A stretch of 31,803 nucleotides of DNA from a virus (lineage: Duplodnaviria; Caudoviricetes), in the IMG/VR virus record IMGVR_UViG_3300005077_000586, positions 1-31,803 of that record; one strand, given 5' to 3'. Below, one piece after another: positions 1-8,390 of this stretch. The stretch's first letter is position 1. Each line of letters opens with the position of its first letter. Both the position numbers and the translations under genes were made by a program. A model generated the notes under the pieces. The model had not been told where the DNA came from and searched no databases. It saw only the letters and a list, made by a program, of their open reading frames with translations.

Positions 1-1014
1 ATTTTTATGAACGTAAACGGCTTCGATAGAATGATTTCATATCCATTTGAAAACAACATGTTCGAGTTTGGGCAAGAATTTGTAGATAACTGTATTAGTG
101 AAATGGGGATGGGTGAGGCTAAACACGATGACCTCGGAGGTTATTTATTGTCCGTGTTTGGACGCACCGCATATGAAACATATCACAAACCATATAATAC
201 TAAAATATGGGAGTGCGATATAAATAAAATAGGCACTTCGTGGATTCATCCTTCAAAGGTGCCAGTTCAAGATATTGAAAACATTAGACTGGCAAACAAA
301 CTTGGTGGCCAAGCTGATAAAAACATGGACCATAACCAGTTCATGTATCCTAAAGTTGGAGGCATTGAAGGCGTCTTAGTGGCTATAAGTACTTCTAATA
401 CGAGTGCGAGTTTATTCCCAATCAATAATGGTGTCGAAGTCATATCTATTGAAGTAGACCATGGTTATATAGTTACTACTAATATTGGCACCTTCCGATG
501 CAAATATATTGTAAATACTTCTCCTCTAATAAAGTTTGCCCATCTTGTTGGAATGGAACTAAATCCTAACTATTTTATGTATCATGGCACAGATTTTGTT
601 GTCTGCAAGTCTGAATGGTATAAGAAACACGCAGGTCGAACATGGACGTATGTTCCAGATTCAAAATACTTTTTCCACAAAATAGACGGCGTAGCCTATC
701 TTACTCATGATAACCATGACTTAGTTGTAGTAAATGCCCCATTCGGCACTTTTAGGAAATGTGGAAAACCCAAGTTCACGGTTGATGACATTGACTTTGA
801 AGTTTTGGACTATCATTCTGCCACAATGACATATCCAGTTGAGGCCATTGGTGGACATGAATACATAAAGATAGCTCTAAATACTCTTGCCAATGAAGGA
901 CTGTATTCCATAGGAAGATGGGGAAAATGGAGTTATAGCAACATTGACCGATGTATTGAAGAGTCAATAAAAGTTGCGAATAAAATATCTAATAGACTGA
1001 AAGAAAATAAATGA
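1..1014 (+). CDS. FAD-dependent oxidoreductase, UDP-galactopyranose mutase / protoporphyrinogen-oxidase-like family (5'-truncated by window edge)
   Basis: Frame is open from base 1. Motifs YPFENN, FG..AYETYHKPYNTKIW, FMYPKVGG, and C-terminal SIGRWGKWSYSNIDRC. The N-terminal GxGxxG motif is absent and presumably lies upstream. Confidence 0.7.
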   Translation: MFMNVNGFDRMISYPFENNMFEFGQEFVDNCISEMGMGEAKHDDLGGYLLSVFGRTAYETYHKPYNTKIWECDINKIGTSWIHPSKVPVQDIENIRLANKLGGQADKNMDHNQFMYPKVGGIEGVLVAISTSNTSASLFPINNGVEVISIEVDHGYIVTTNIGTFRCKYIVNTSPLIKFAHLVGMELNPNYFMYHGTDFVVCKSEWYKKHAGRTWTYVPDSKYFFHKIDGVAYLTHDNHDLVVVNAPFGTFRKCGKPKFTVDDIDFEVLDYHSATMTYPVEAIGGHEYIKIALNTLANEGLYSIGRWGKWSYSNIDRCIEESIKVANKISNRLKENK

Positions 1015-1039
1015 GCGAACGAAAAATAACAATCGCAAT

Positions 1040-1285
1040 ATCAGTAACCCACGACTAAAGTTATGGGTCTGTCTGAAAGGAACTAACCACTTCTGGAGGA
1101 TGGATTAAACCACTGATTAGACGCATGATTTCACGGTGAAATCAAGCTAGCCAACTGGACGTGGTAGTCCGAAGAATATGCAGGATGCTCCTCAAGTCCT
1201 GCTTCCCTTCGTTGGCCAGTGTCGATGGGGTGCATACACGAGTTTGTCCGTTCTTGGCTTACCGCACCGAAAAAACGGACACTTG
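1040..1285 (+). ncRNA. omega-RNA (HEARO-like) scaffold of IsrB; the guide would be the 5' flank (~1020-1039)
   Basis: ATCAGT (1040-1045) pairs with ACTGAT (1112-1117). Hairpins TGATTTCAC-G-GTGAAATCA, CGAAG..GCAGGATGCTCCTCAAGTCCTGC..CTTCG and TGTCCGTT..AACGGACA match the typical IscB/IsrB omega-RNA layout upstream of the ORF. Confidence 0.75.
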
Positions 1286-1298
1286 TTTAGGAGTAAAC

Positions 1299-2306
1299 AT
1301 GTTCGTACCAACAATAAACAACCAAGGCATTCCGGCAATGCCAACAACGCCCCAAAGAGCAAGGAGGCTTATATGCTCTAAATCTGCTACTCCATTCTGG
1401 AGTCACGGCATTTTCTGTATTCGACTAAACGTAGATGTGCAAGACAATAAACAAGATATAGCCATCGGTATAGACACAGGTAGTAAAAAGGAAGGCTTTA
1501 GCGTGTGCTCTAAAAAGCACACGTACCTAAATATTCAGGCAGATGCATTGACCTACGTAAAAGCTAAAGTAGAAACCCGTAGAATGCTTCGCCGGAGTCG
1601 CAGGAGCCGAAATACTCCATATCGCAAGTGCCGATGGAATAGAAAGATAGGAAGACTACCGCCTTCGACCAAAGCTCGATGGGATTGGAAACTGCGGATT
1701 GTTAATATTCTAAGGCGAGTAATACCTCTTACTCACTCTTGCGTCGAAGACATTAAAGCCAAGGCCAAGAAAAGAAAAAGGAAGTGGAACATATCGTTTA
1801 GTCCTATTGAAGTTGGGAAGAAATACTTCTATAATGCACTTGATTCGACACTAAAGCTAAAAGTAATTGGTGGAACTAAGACGGCTAAGCTACGAAAGGA
1901 AGCCGGACTCAAGAAAAACAAGAAAAAACTGAGCGAAAAGTTCGAGACTCACTGCGTTGATGCGTTTGTGTTAGCGTGTCATATCATTTGGCGACCTATA
2001 ATTCCGGACAATAAAGTCATCCTTTGCGTTTCGCCAATAGAATTAAAACGCAGAATGCTACATGCCATGGTGCCTTCAAAAGGAGGAACTCGAAGAAAAT
2101 ACGGAGGAACAAGATCATTAGGACTAAAACGTGGGAGTTTAGTCAAACATAAAAAACACGGAATATGCTACGTTGGCGGCACCATGAAAAATCGAATCTC
2201 ACTACATAACCTTAATACTGGTAAACGGTTATGCCGAAATGCTAAGCCAGAAGAATGTAAGAAACTAACATTTAATACATGGAGGCGGCATTCCTACAAT
2301 GGATAA
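1299..2306 (+). CDS. isrB: IsrB RNA-guided nickase (RRXRR family, split RuvC, no HNH), 335 aa
   Basis: AGGAG RBS then ATG at 1299. PLMP-like PAMP; RuvC-I GIDTG; Arg-rich bridge helix RRMLRRSRR; RuvC-II VED; RuvC-III HCVDA. No CxxC/HNH insertion between RuvC-II and III. Confidence 0.88.
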   Translation: MFVPTINNQGIPAMPTTPQRARRLICSKSATPFWSHGIFCIRLNVDVQDNKQDIAIGIDTGSKKEGFSVCSKKHTYLNIQADALTYVKAKVETRRMLRRSRRSRNTPYRKCRWNRKIGRLPPSTKARWDWKLRIVNILRRVIPLTHSCVEDIKAKAKKRKRKWNISFSPIEVGKKYFYNALDSTLKLKVIGGTKTAKLRKEAGLKKNKKKLSEKFETHCVDAFVLACHIIWRPIIPDNKVILCVSPIELKRRMLHAMVPSKGGTRRKYGGTRSLGLKRGSLVKHKKHGICYVGGTMKNRISLHNLNTGKRLCRNAKPEECKKLTFNTWRRHSYNG

Positions 2307-2335
2307 ATCCATTGGTACCCTGCCGCAAATTATTC

Positions 2336-2506
2336 ATGGAAGTATTACTTGTAATATTGTTTATCATATGTTGTGCACTAACAACTATTCTAATCTTTGT
2401 TGGACAAGAACTTAGTTGCGTCAATGATGAACTCAGATATGTCAAAAGAAAACTTGATAAATGCAATGATTTACTTGATGAATATTATGGATATGAAGAC
2501 CTGTAA
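2336..2506 (+). CDS. Small membrane protein (MEVLLVILFII...)
   Basis: ATG immediately after the IS right end; N-terminal hydrophobic helix and coiled-coil-like tail. Confidence 0.55.
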   Translation: MEVLLVILFIICCALTTILIFVGQELSCVNDELRYVKRKLDKCNDLLDEYYGYEDL

Positions 2507-2520
2507 ACAAAGAGAATAAT

Positions 2521-2799
2521 ATGACACCACTAGTATTTCTATCTATAGTTTTAGGGCTCTTGCTTATATGTGCCGTAAGTTCGTTATATGTTGCAATAAA
2601 AATAATAACTACATTAAATGTAAATATTATATCTAAAGAGGAAGAAATATATTCTATTTTGCAATGTGCCCGTATTCAAAATGTTGATTTATCGACCTAT
2701 TATAAAACCTGTACACATCTAACAGATGATGAAAAATTAAAAGTATTAGCAGACATATACAAGCCATTAGGATTGGATATTAGTATGGAGGAAAAATAA
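2521..2799 (+). CDS. Hypothetical protein with N-terminal TM helix
   Basis: ORF track; hydrophobic N-terminus; operon packing. Confidence 0.6.
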   Translation: MTPLVFLSIVLGLLLICAVSSLYVAIKIITTLNVNIISKEEEIYSILQCARIQNVDLSTYYKTCTHLTDDEKLKVLADIYKPLGLDISMEEK

Positions 2800-2921
2800 T
2801 GGAAATAGTAGCTCTAATAGTCGTGTGTATATTACCTATACTAACAATGGTATCAATATATAATCTTCTTGTTGCTGACGATAGACGATTTTGGAACAAT
2901 AATGATGATGAGGAAAACTGA
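2799..2921 (+). CDS. 40-aa small membrane protein MEIVALIVVCILPILTMVSIYNLLVADDRRFWNNNDDEEN (not in ORF track)
   Basis: GGAGG RBS; TAATG overlap upstream and TGATG overlap downstream. Confidence 0.6.
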   Translation: MEIVALIVVCILPILTMVSIYNLLVADDRRFWNNNDDEEN

Positions 2922-3982
2922 TGACGCCCGAAGTATTTGCCGATATTTTAAAGGAAGTAGAACTTGAAACAGTACACCGTCAAGATTTTGGACGTTATTC
3001 TGTATTCTGCTATTCGGACAAGTGTGCATATAAGGAACTTTGGAATGAAGTAAATATGCGATGTCGTGGCATTGTTATTGATACTGAAACATTGGAAGTT
3101 GTTTGTCGCCCTTTCGATAAGTTTTTCAATGTAGGTGAGCATCCAACTACTTCGCACACTGTTATTGATGCCAAGTTACTAAATACTCCATTTGAAATAT
3201 ATACTAAGCATGATGGAAGTTTAATAAATCTTTGGTATCATAACTGGGAATGGAACGTTTCCAGTAAGGGCTCTATGACTTCTGAACATGCCAAATATGC
3301 AAAAGAAAAAATATTCAACAAGTATGACCTTCGACAACTACCAACTGGATATACGTATATTTTTGAAATGATTACACCTTGGGATACTAAGGTAGTAGAT
3401 TATAATGGAATGGATGATGTCATTCTGCTGTCTATGTTTCATAATAGCTGGGAATGTATTGAACTTCCACGCAAAGAAGTAAATGAAATAGCTACATATG
3501 CTGGATTCAAGTGTGTTGATGTCATAGAAAATATAACAAACCTTGGTGATATTTATAACCGCATAGAAAAAGGACAGGAAGGATTCGTAGTAAGATTTAG
3601 TGACGGTCTTAGGTTCAAGGCCAAGTCTGATTGGTATATCAGGGCTCACAAATATATTAGTTTTTTGAATCCAAAACATGTATTAGAAATGATGCGAAAT
3701 AATACAGTGGCTGAAATGATTGATATGTTGCCACATTATAAAACTAAACTACAAGAAATAATCGATAGTTTGACTAAGATTATTCAGGAAATAAAGGATA
3801 AAGTAAATGAAGAATGGGCGAAAGTAATAGACCCAAATAATCATAAAGCTTGTGCTATACAGTTTGAACATTGTGAGCATCCAATACGTTCTATACTATT
3901 TTGTAGAATGCGTGGCAAAGATGAGAATAAAGCACTGTATAAGGCTGTAGAACTAAAACTAGTACAAAAAAAGAGTAAATAA
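2921..3982 (+). CDS. T4 Rnl1 (RnlA)-like RNA ligase
   Basis: Motifs CRGIVID, RPFDKFFNVGE, motif I KHDGSL, FE, EGFVVRF and motif V FKAK. Confidence 0.85.
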   Translation: MTPEVFADILKEVELETVHRQDFGRYSVFCYSDKCAYKELWNEVNMRCRGIVIDTETLEVVCRPFDKFFNVGEHPTTSHTVIDAKLLNTPFEIYTKHDGSLINLWYHNWEWNVSSKGSMTSEHAKYAKEKIFNKYDLRQLPTGYTYIFEMITPWDTKVVDYNGMDDVILLSMFHNSWECIELPRKEVNEIATYAGFKCVDVIENITNLGDIYNRIEKGQEGFVVRFSDGLRFKAKSDWYIRAHKYISFLNPKHVLEMMRNNTVAEMIDMLPHYKTKLQEIIDSLTKIIQEIKDKVNEEWAKVIDPNNHKACAIQFEHCEHPIRSILFCRMRGKDENKALYKAVELKLVQKKSK

Positions 3983-3985
3983 ATA

Positions 3986-4123
3986 ATGAAAACAAACACA
4001 TGGACTATACCAGATAAAAATTTAATAATGTTGCGAGCAATAAAGCGAGGTAATGTCATTCGTAAACTTTGTGGTTTTCCTCCATCTAATATAACAAAGA
4101 ATATTATTAAAAAATATAGCTAA
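3986..4123 (+). CDS. 45-aa basic hypothetical protein (MKTNTWTIPDKNLIMLRAIKRG...; not in ORF track)
   Basis: ATG 3 nt after the ligase stop; the ORF fills the gap exactly. Confidence 0.4.
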   Translation: MKTNTWTIPDKNLIMLRAIKRGNVIRKLCGFPPSNITKNIIKKYS

Positions 4124-4149
4124 AACAAACTAATGGAGCTAATATAAAT

Positions 4150-4647
4150 ATGCCATTAACATATATACTTGGTGCCACTGTAATAATATTATCGCTTATG
4201 TTAATATTGGTTACATTGTATATTATAAAAAATAGATCATTAACCATACTTCGATACAAAAAAGAACTTCAAGAATGGGAAAATACAGCATTTTACTATT
4301 ATCTAATAGTTAATCACGTAGATGGAATAGATAATAGAGATACAAATGATACCCAACCACCACCATCTATTCCAAGCGATAAAATATTACAAACATTAGA
4401 AAGACAGGCTCGAACTTTAGTTCAAGGTGCCTGGGAATATGGATTTCCAGCATTGAGAAATGTTACTATAGACCACGTATATTGGGAACGAGTAGATGAA
4501 ACTGATGAAATAGAAATAAATGACCTGTATTGTGAAAAACTATATTGTAACCATGAATCAATTCTACTAAAAATAAAACCAGAACATTTATATTGTCAAC
4601 CGTGTTGTTTTCCTAAACTTGTATTTTTCCGCAAATTAATCTGGTAA
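4150..4647 (+). CDS. Hypothetical membrane-anchored protein
   Basis: GGAG RBS; N-terminal TM helix. Confidence 0.6.
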   Translation: MPLTYILGATVIILSLMLILVTLYIIKNRSLTILRYKKELQEWENTAFYYYLIVNHVDGIDNRDTNDTQPPPSIPSDKILQTLERQARTLVQGAWEYGFPALRNVTIDHVYWERVDETDEIEINDLYCEKLYCNHESILLKIKPEHLYCQPCCFPKLVFFRKLIW

Positions 4648-4653
4648 AAAAAA

Positions 4654-5385
4654 ATGCCTAAAATATCACTAATAACACTGTCCAAAAATGATAATAAGGA
4701 GGAACCAAAACGTTTCTCTTTATTTGTTGATAGTCTATTGCGCCAAACTGAGCAAGATTGGGAACTTATATTTCTTGACTGCTCTGAAGACGGATGTCAC
4801 TTCAAAGCTCCAAAACATAAAAATATTCGTCAAGTGAAATATACAATAAAAAAGAAGGAAGACTTCAATCCTGCTTATCTACGTAATACTGGCGTATTAC
4901 TTGCGACTGGAGAAATGATTTGTCATACCAATACTGACTGTGTATTGGCACCTAACTTTTTAGAAGTAATAGTATCTAAATGTAAGAAGAATATATTAGT
5001 GCAGTGCGAACGTCGTGACACTACAGAAAAGGAGTTCAAAGGATTCTCTACATTAGCCTTAGTTGACTCTATTGCGACATCCTTGAAGGAAAAAGGGCGT
5101 GGATGTTGTGGTGACTGTCAAGCCATGCTACGGGAGCAATTCATTGATATTGGTGGCTATTTTGGCCTTATTTGTAATGGAATGGCATACGAAGGTAAAT
5201 ACAAAGAACATGCCTTTAGGGAAGATACATATCTACAATATAAAGTTAATAAAACCAACTGGGGTAAATATAAGTTTTCAGAAGAAGAGCATGGAATAAA
5301 AGAAATATGGGTAAATAATAAAACTTGGATTGTTCACTTGTGGCATCCAGAACGCAGAGCAATACAGGACTGGCGCAGTTCATAA
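4654..5385 (+). CDS. Glycosyltransferase family 2 (GT-A fold)
   Basis: KISLI, SLLRQT.QDWELIFLD, AYLRNTG, NTD (DxD variant), IGGY, RED, HLWH. Confidence 0.8.
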   Translation: MPKISLITLSKNDNKEEPKRFSLFVDSLLRQTEQDWELIFLDCSEDGCHFKAPKHKNIRQVKYTIKKKEDFNPAYLRNTGVLLATGEMICHTNTDCVLAPNFLEVIVSKCKKNILVQCERRDTTEKEFKGFSTLALVDSIATSLKEKGRGCCGDCQAMLREQFIDIGGYFGLICNGMAYEGKYKEHAFREDTYLQYKVNKTNWGKYKFSEEEHGIKEIWVNNKTWIVHLWHPERRAIQDWRSS

Positions 5386-5390
5386 ATAAT

Positions 5391-5470
5391 ACCACTTGTT
5401 ACCAATTGGCAAAACTTGTCACCTGTCCGCAAAAGATGTTACCTGGAATAATAACTTGTTACCAGTTGGC
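5391..5470. repeat. Four tandem degenerate 20-bp units, consensus approximately AAAACTTGTTACCAGTTGGC
   Basis: ACCACTTGTTACCAATTGGC / AAAACTTGTCACCTGTCCGC / AAAAGATGTTACCTGGAATA / ATAACTTGTTACCAGTTGGC, with TGTYACC at an exact 20-bp period. Confidence 0.85.
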
Positions 5471-5509
5471 GTACTAAAATAATGCCGACTAAATAAACGG
5501 AGGCCAACG

Positions 5510-6094
5510 ATGCCTAAAGTTTTATCTACACTAAAGACATTTAGTACTAATCCTCGTGAACTATACGAAAGTGTTACTAAAAAATGGACATTTTCATCTG
5601 CTGGAAATTCCAAATATTCACAAGTTATCCCATATTGTCTGATAACTGACGGCGACGATTATGTTACCTTTAATGTAAATGCTACTATTGATTTTGGTAT
5701 GTTATGTTATCCTACAAAGACTAAATTTTGGGAAAGAAAAACAAAACAAAATCTTATAAAAACATTTATAGGCAACATAAAAGAACGATTTTTGGCAACT
5801 TTTCAAGAGTTGAATATTCCTATCAGCAAAATAATAATTTCAGATACTCATAGAGCAGTTTATAGAGTTGATAGAAGTGCCGTGCATCCAATTCTTGGCA
5901 TTGTATTACCAAGTGATATTCTTGTAAAGTTCAAGCCTATCGAAGGTGTTCAAGTAGTTATTCTATCCAAAGAACACCTTGTTCAACTTGGAATGCTAAA
6001 TGCTGGTAGTACACTTTTATCTCGTGCCGTTGCGTATTTGATGGCAATGAAAGAAGTAGATTTTGGACAAAACAGGGAAATAACAAATGTCTGA
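5510..6094 (+). CDS. Hypothetical protein (weak resemblance to Nudix-like phosphoesterases through QVIPY)
   Basis: GGAGG RBS; no Nudix box recognisable. Confidence 0.55.
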   Translation: MPKVLSTLKTFSTNPRELYESVTKKWTFSSAGNSKYSQVIPYCLITDGDDYVTFNVNATIDFGMLCYPTKTKFWERKTKQNLIKTFIGNIKERFLATFQELNIPISKIIISDTHRAVYRVDRSAVHPILGIVLPSDILVKFKPIEGVQVVILSKEHLVQLGMLNAGSTLLSRAVAYLMAMKEVDFGQNREITNV

Positions 6095-6623
6095 AACTGA
6101 AAAACTTTATTACATAAACAAATGGAAGCCTTTTATTAGAAAATTGGCTTTTAGATATAAAAATACTATTGCATCAGTAGATGATCTTATTAGCGAAGGA
6201 GTTATAGGTGTACTAAAGGCACTAAAAACATATAATGAACAAAGAGGTAATATAGATTCTTACATATGCAAATGTATAAAGTCACAGATTATTATTTGTG
6301 CTATAGAAAATGGCTCAATGTTATATTGTCCAGCTGGAACTTTTATTGGTAATAAAAACCATATTCAATACCAGCATTCAAGTGTACCTATAGATTATAA
6401 TGATGACACAATAGTTGATGATAAACGTTTATCAACTGAAGAAATGACCGATGCGATGGATGAGATTACTACTTTTGACAACACTAATATTGCGACACTA
6501 TATTATTTAGAAAATAAAACATACAGAGAAATCGCCGACATAAAAGGTATGCAGTTGAGTCATGTATACAATCATCTGTCTATTTTAAAGAATATAATGA
6601 AGAGGAGAACAAACAATGGCTAA
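6087..6623 (+). CDS. Phage RNA polymerase sigma-70-family factor (regions 2 and 4 only)
   Basis: Region 2 DDLISEGVIGVLKALKTYNEQRG; region 4 HTH YYLENKTYREIADIKGMQLSHV. Confidence 0.85.
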   Translation: MSETEKLYYINKWKPFIRKLAFRYKNTIASVDDLISEGVIGVLKALKTYNEQRGNIDSYICKCIKSQIIICAIENGSMLYCPAGTFIGNKNHIQYQHSSVPIDYNDDTIVDDKRLSTEEMTDAMDEITTFDNTNIATLYYLENKTYREIADIKGMQLSHVYNHLSILKNIMKRRTNNG

Positions 6624-6789
6624 GTCAGGAATGCAATCAGATAAGGATGCCGCAGCACTAAATCGTTCTCTAACAGAGCGCCCATGTCCAAAGTGTAAGG
6701 CAGTTATGAAGCTTGCAATGAAGTGGCCAAAGAAGACAATGGTATTTTACTGTCAAAACTGCGGATATGAGGAGAAGAAGCGTGCATAA
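6616..6789 (+). CDS. 57-aa zinc-ribbon protein (CPKC...CQNC; not in ORF track)
   Basis: AGGAG RBS; MAKSGMQSDKDAAALNRSLTERPCPKCKAVMKLAMKWPKKTMVFYCQNCGYEEKKRA. Confidence 0.75.
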   Translation: MAKSGMQSDKDAAALNRSLTERPCPKCKAVMKLAMKWPKKTMVFYCQNCGYEEKKRA

Positions 6790-7762
6790 GATATTGATTG
6801 TCGGACCTTATAGAGATGGAAATGATATAAGTCTTCATCGTGCCGAAGTTGGTATACATAAAGCCTTTATGCAACTTGGCTATGAAACTTGGTTATACGA
6901 TCATCGAAAAGGCGATGTATGGTATAATGACCAAATAATTATAAGTTCAAGCGATGCGTGGGAGCCAGATTTTCTTATCAAAGCAGGAGTTACAAACTTT
7001 GATTTAGTACTGGCCGTAGGACCTGGGCTTCCAGACAATATCATTCACAGTAAATGGTGGGAATCTCTATCTGGTTTGAAATGCCTGTGGACAAGTGAAC
7101 CAGTACGCCTTAAGTCTTATTTTGACCGAATGGCTACTCAAAAAGACTCATTTGACATGTTCTTTACGTTTGATGAAAGTGAAATACCAATCTTCACAAA
7201 AGAGTTGGGTATATTAAATATACACTGGATACCACAAGCTTATAATCCTGACTGGTATTATCCAATAGAAGTACAAAATAAAATGGATTATTGTTTTTGT
7301 GGAAGTATTGGTGGCAAATGGTCCAGCAGAGAACATTTTTTAAGTCTCGTGGCCAGTTGATGTAAGAAACACAATAAAACTTGTAATTTCGCCACTGTAT
7401 TTGATGCTCCGAAGGTAAATAAATTCTATGCATCGCATAAGGCTGTTCTAAATCTTGGACTATCAGTCGATGGTCAAACTCATTCACTTGAAGCATTTGG
7501 ACTGCAACAGAGATGCTTTGAAGGCATTGGCTCAGGACGTATAGTCATCACAAATAGAATACCCGAAGGGAGCAATAAGCTATTTGTTCACGGAGTTAAT
7601 ATATTATTCTATCGTAGTTTGCAGTCATTAGATGATGCATTGGAATATGTTCAACATGATGAAGTGCGGACACAGATGGAACAAAATATTCTAAACATAA
7701 GACATTTACATAGTTATAATAATAGGGTGCGAAAGATAATAAGTTTGGCGACACAATACTAA
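6782..7762 (+). pseudogene. CgeB/YkvP-like GT-B glycosyltransferase interrupted by an in-frame TGA at 7358-7360
   Basis: GTG start (MHKILIVG). The frame continues 133 codons past the TGA, with YASHKAVLN, QRCFEGIGSG, LF..G and HSYNNRV, typical of the family C-terminal domain. Confidence 0.75.
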
Positions 7763-7775
7763 AAATCTTTGGCAA

Positions 7776-7806
7776 AAATAAACAAGTCGTGCAAAATAAT
7801 ATATAC
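7776..7806 (+). promoter_or_regulatory. Putative phage promoter, copy 1 (AAATAAACAA-N8-AAATAATATA)
   Basis: The same bipartite motif and spacing occur at 8391 and 16812, each at the start of an intergenic or leader region. Confidence 0.65.
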
Positions 7807-7809
7807 TAT

Positions 7810-8345
7810 ATTAGTAACAATAGATTTTTCGATGTAACAAACACTTGTGTCAATAGAAAGGTAGGTCGGCTATATCGATACTCAGCCCAGAGATGGGTAG
7901 TGTAGCAAGAAGCTATGACAGGCGCTGCTATTCCTCGATGAACATCAGTTGAGGGAAGTGCGACAAAAAAAACAATTAAATGAGTACGTGCTAAGGCCGT
8001 GAGACACGGGGATCATATGGATGCATATTATTTATTATTTCACCTGGATGAACTCTGTAGTTAGTTCCGGGTTAATATGCTTAGATACAGGATGGTGTTC
8101 ATCCTGGTTTAAGTCTAAAACTAATATGTATACTCCACTTGTTCCTGCAAGTGGACTGTCGGTCCTCCGACAGTTTGTTCTAATCAGGTATTCACGGGAG
8201 AAACTCCCGATGGTTATCGTCGCATGAGTCACAGTCTGTTCCAGACTGCTGCTTGTTCAGAGCAACAAGCACGACATCACATAAGGAATAATCTGACGTG
8301 ACCAACACGTTGACCAGTAGTGTATCAAAATAATACATTCCCTTT
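7810..8345. other. Highly structured non-coding region (candidate ncRNA and/or replication origin)
   Basis: No credible ORF. About ten hairpins, e.g. 7885-7898, 7997-8009, 8088-8106, 8134-8155, 8155-8174, 8195-8209, 8232-8248, 8250-8271, 8296-8310. Confidence 0.65.
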
Positions 8346-8390
8346 GCAAACTCGATATTATTTTCGGCGTCCGCCAAAAAAACTTCTGCG

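Larger units (their letters stand above)
1040..2335 (+). mobile_element. Non-autonomous IS200/IS605-family (OMEGA) element carrying isrB; no tnpA
   Basis: Left subterminal hairpin ACCCACGACT-AA-AGTTATGGGT (1047-1068) after ATCAGT. Right-end hairpin GCGGCA..CAATGGAT-AA-ATCCATTG..TGCCGC (2285-2326). GC is higher than in the flanks. Boundaries are uncertain by a few nt. Confidence 0.8.

Noticed and set aside
1161-1298. N-terminal extension of the 381-aa ORF from GTG 1161
   Set aside because: It overlaps the omega-RNA scaffold; the RBS and PLMP-domain position support ATG 1299.
1299-2306. IscB, Cas9 or a CRISPR-associated effector
   Set aside because: No HNH domain, and no repeat-spacer array anywhere in the window.
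7358-7360. Alternative genetic code (TGA recoding)
   Set aside because: TGA terminates several coupled genes in the window, and coding density is already high under code 11.
7855-7975. Faint resemblance to RNase P RNA (GAGATG..GTAGTG, GAAGTGC.ACA)
   Set aside because: No GAGGAAAGTC CR-I and no CR-V partner for the P4 helix.
7958-8340. Group II intron start (GTGCG) or retron msr-msd
   Set aside because: No domain V, no reverse transcriptase and no interrupted gene.
8021-8377. Short ORFs of 61-68 aa on both strands
   Set aside because: No RBS or recognisable motifs, and they coincide with the hairpin array.
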